From Takakia lepidozioides (lineage: Eukaryota > Plantae > Bryophyta): a stretch of 64,000 nucleotides of DNA. Positions 62,335 through 64,000 of the stretch are shown here, one piece after another (the stretch's first letter is position 1; each line of letters starts with the position of its first letter). The notes beneath the pieces are model-generated. The model was not told where the DNA came from. It made no database searches and worked only from the letters and a program-made list of their open reading frames with translations. Location: the NCBI GenBank assembly GCA_030704615.1, contig CM060731.1:55056001-55120000 (forward strand), in the 5' to 3' direction. A program made the translations under genes and the position numbers.

Positions 62335-64000
62335 CAAGCTTCTGAAAGAGGATCGAGAGAGGGAGTCCACAATGCCTCTTCTAGTACTTCTGCACGTGTG
62401 AAGATGCTTTGTGAGGCAGACAAACTGACAGAGGCTCTACAGACTTTAAAATAAGGAGGCATTCAGATACCTATGTCTGTCTCTTGCTTAAGTGCATCAA
62501 GATGAAAGGTCTGGAAGCTGGAAAGCAGGTGCACACGCACATTATCCAAAGTGAATTCACGCCAAATGTTTTCCTACTCAACACCCTTGTCAACATGTAC
62601 GTTAAGGGCGGGAGCATCATGGATGCTCACCAAACATTCCACAGAATGCCTCAACGATCTTGATCACGTGGAATATAATGTTGGCAGGATTTACCAAGCA
62701 TGGGTGTGGTAGGAATGCTTTTGAGACCTATGAGCAGATTCTGCGCAAAGGGGTGAAGCCCAACCACATCAGATTTGTTTGTGTTTGCAATGCGTGTGCA
62801 AGCCTGGGAGCTCTGGAAAAGGGGAAAGAGGTCCATGGTGACATCGTCAAAGCTGGAATTGTACCATATGTCACTCACGATGGTGGGACAACCGCAATCG
62901 CAAGGTGTGGCTTTTTCTTAATGTACGATGTGAAGAAGTTTGTCCATCATGCACATGTGGGCTCTTGGCTCCTGTTAGTACCATGATTTGATATTCTTCC
63001 TGATTATGTTTACAAGGTTCTTGGGAGAGTCAGTTCGGTCTTAGCAGGCTGTGTTTCAATCTATGCCTGCTCAGCTGCACCGTGTTAGTGTTCACAGACC
63101 AATCCGACATCACCTGACACAAGCAACACACACAAGGGGTCCTTTTGGGTTGATGGTCAAATCCTCCATGGATCATGCCACAATGTCAAGGACAATGTGG
63201 TGAGGGCACCTTCTTCAACCTATTTCAGCCTGTTTTGCCCTCTCATCAGACTCGGCCCTGAGATGCATATTGAATTTTGCAAGTTAGATCGTTGGGTAGA
63301 TGGTCACCTGGAAACAGCAGCGGCAACGGCACAAATGATAGAACAAGGCACTGCTAATATTCAGACACCTTCTTCAACACATTTCACCCAGTCTTTCCCA
63401 CTTGTTAGAGTCGGCCCTAAATTTCCATGTTGAATTCTGCAAGTTAGCTGGTTGAATGAATCTGGTTTGGAGTGACTTTGACATGATACTGCCAATGTGA
63501 TAACAGGAAAGTATCCGAAAACAGGTAACAGAGAGAAGGTGTGGAATGAATACTTTGTTGACCCCAGTCAATGGTGGGACAACTGAGGCAAAAAGTTGAA
63601 TCCTTGTTAGATGACAGAGAGTAGCAGACGCAATTCAGCATAAGAACTAGTGTGATTGGGTGTTTCCTAGGTTGTCATTGTCAGTTGCTAGCAGCAAGGG
63701 AAAAGATAACTGCATGATTTGTGTATAGGCATGGATTTTGGCATTTGATGTCAAAATGCCGAAATGAGACGTGATCTCTTGGACTACAATAATTGCAGAA
63801 TGTAATGAGCAAGGGCATGGTGAAGAGGCATTTGAACTCGTTGGGCAAATGCCACAAGAAGATGTAGAGCCCGACAATGTCACTCTCATTTGCATCTTCA
63901 AAAGGTGTGCCAGCCCAGCAGCTCTAGGGCAGGGCAAGGGGCTTCATGCCCACATTGTCAGAGTTGGATTTGAATCAGATGTTTATGTAGGAACTAGCAT
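62335..64000 (+). pseudogene. Rearranged PDF-PPR paralogue fragments
   Basis: L-S-P-L motifs at 62400-62870, then WWDNRNRK| at ~62880, TNPTSPD.. at 63098 and VWNEYFVDPSQWWDN* at ~63540. A different PPR subfamily fragment starts at ~63740. Stops and frameshifts. Confidence 0.8.

Overview
Eukaryotic nuclear DNA, most likely from a seed-free land plant (inferred from the PLS-DYW PPR style and transposon types). It is TE-rich and has a 500-N gap at 20478-20977. The left end holds the first two exons of a TruA/PUS1-type tRNA pseudouridine synthase (minus strand), with LINE 3' remnants and a MITE nearby. The middle is a nest of elements. It contains a decayed Mutator-like transposase (GCM-like Zn domain, DDE, SWIM) with palindromic repeat arrays, and pieces of a Ty3/Gypsy family with extra post-pol ORFs. 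It also contains two tRNA-Met-primed gag elements whose long upstream repeat ends in a hairpin rather than CA; one encodes an uninterrupted Gag-PPR fusion ORF. The right part is a cluster of PLS-class PPR genes: one with an intact 29-motif PLS-E1-E2-DYW array, plus several scrambled pseudogene copies. Main finding: spliced exons upstream of the PPR-DYW array encode OSB-type PDF (ssDNA-binding) motifs. The gene therefore appears to encode a PDF-PDF-PLS-DYW deaminase fusion, and this architecture recurs in the decayed paralogues.
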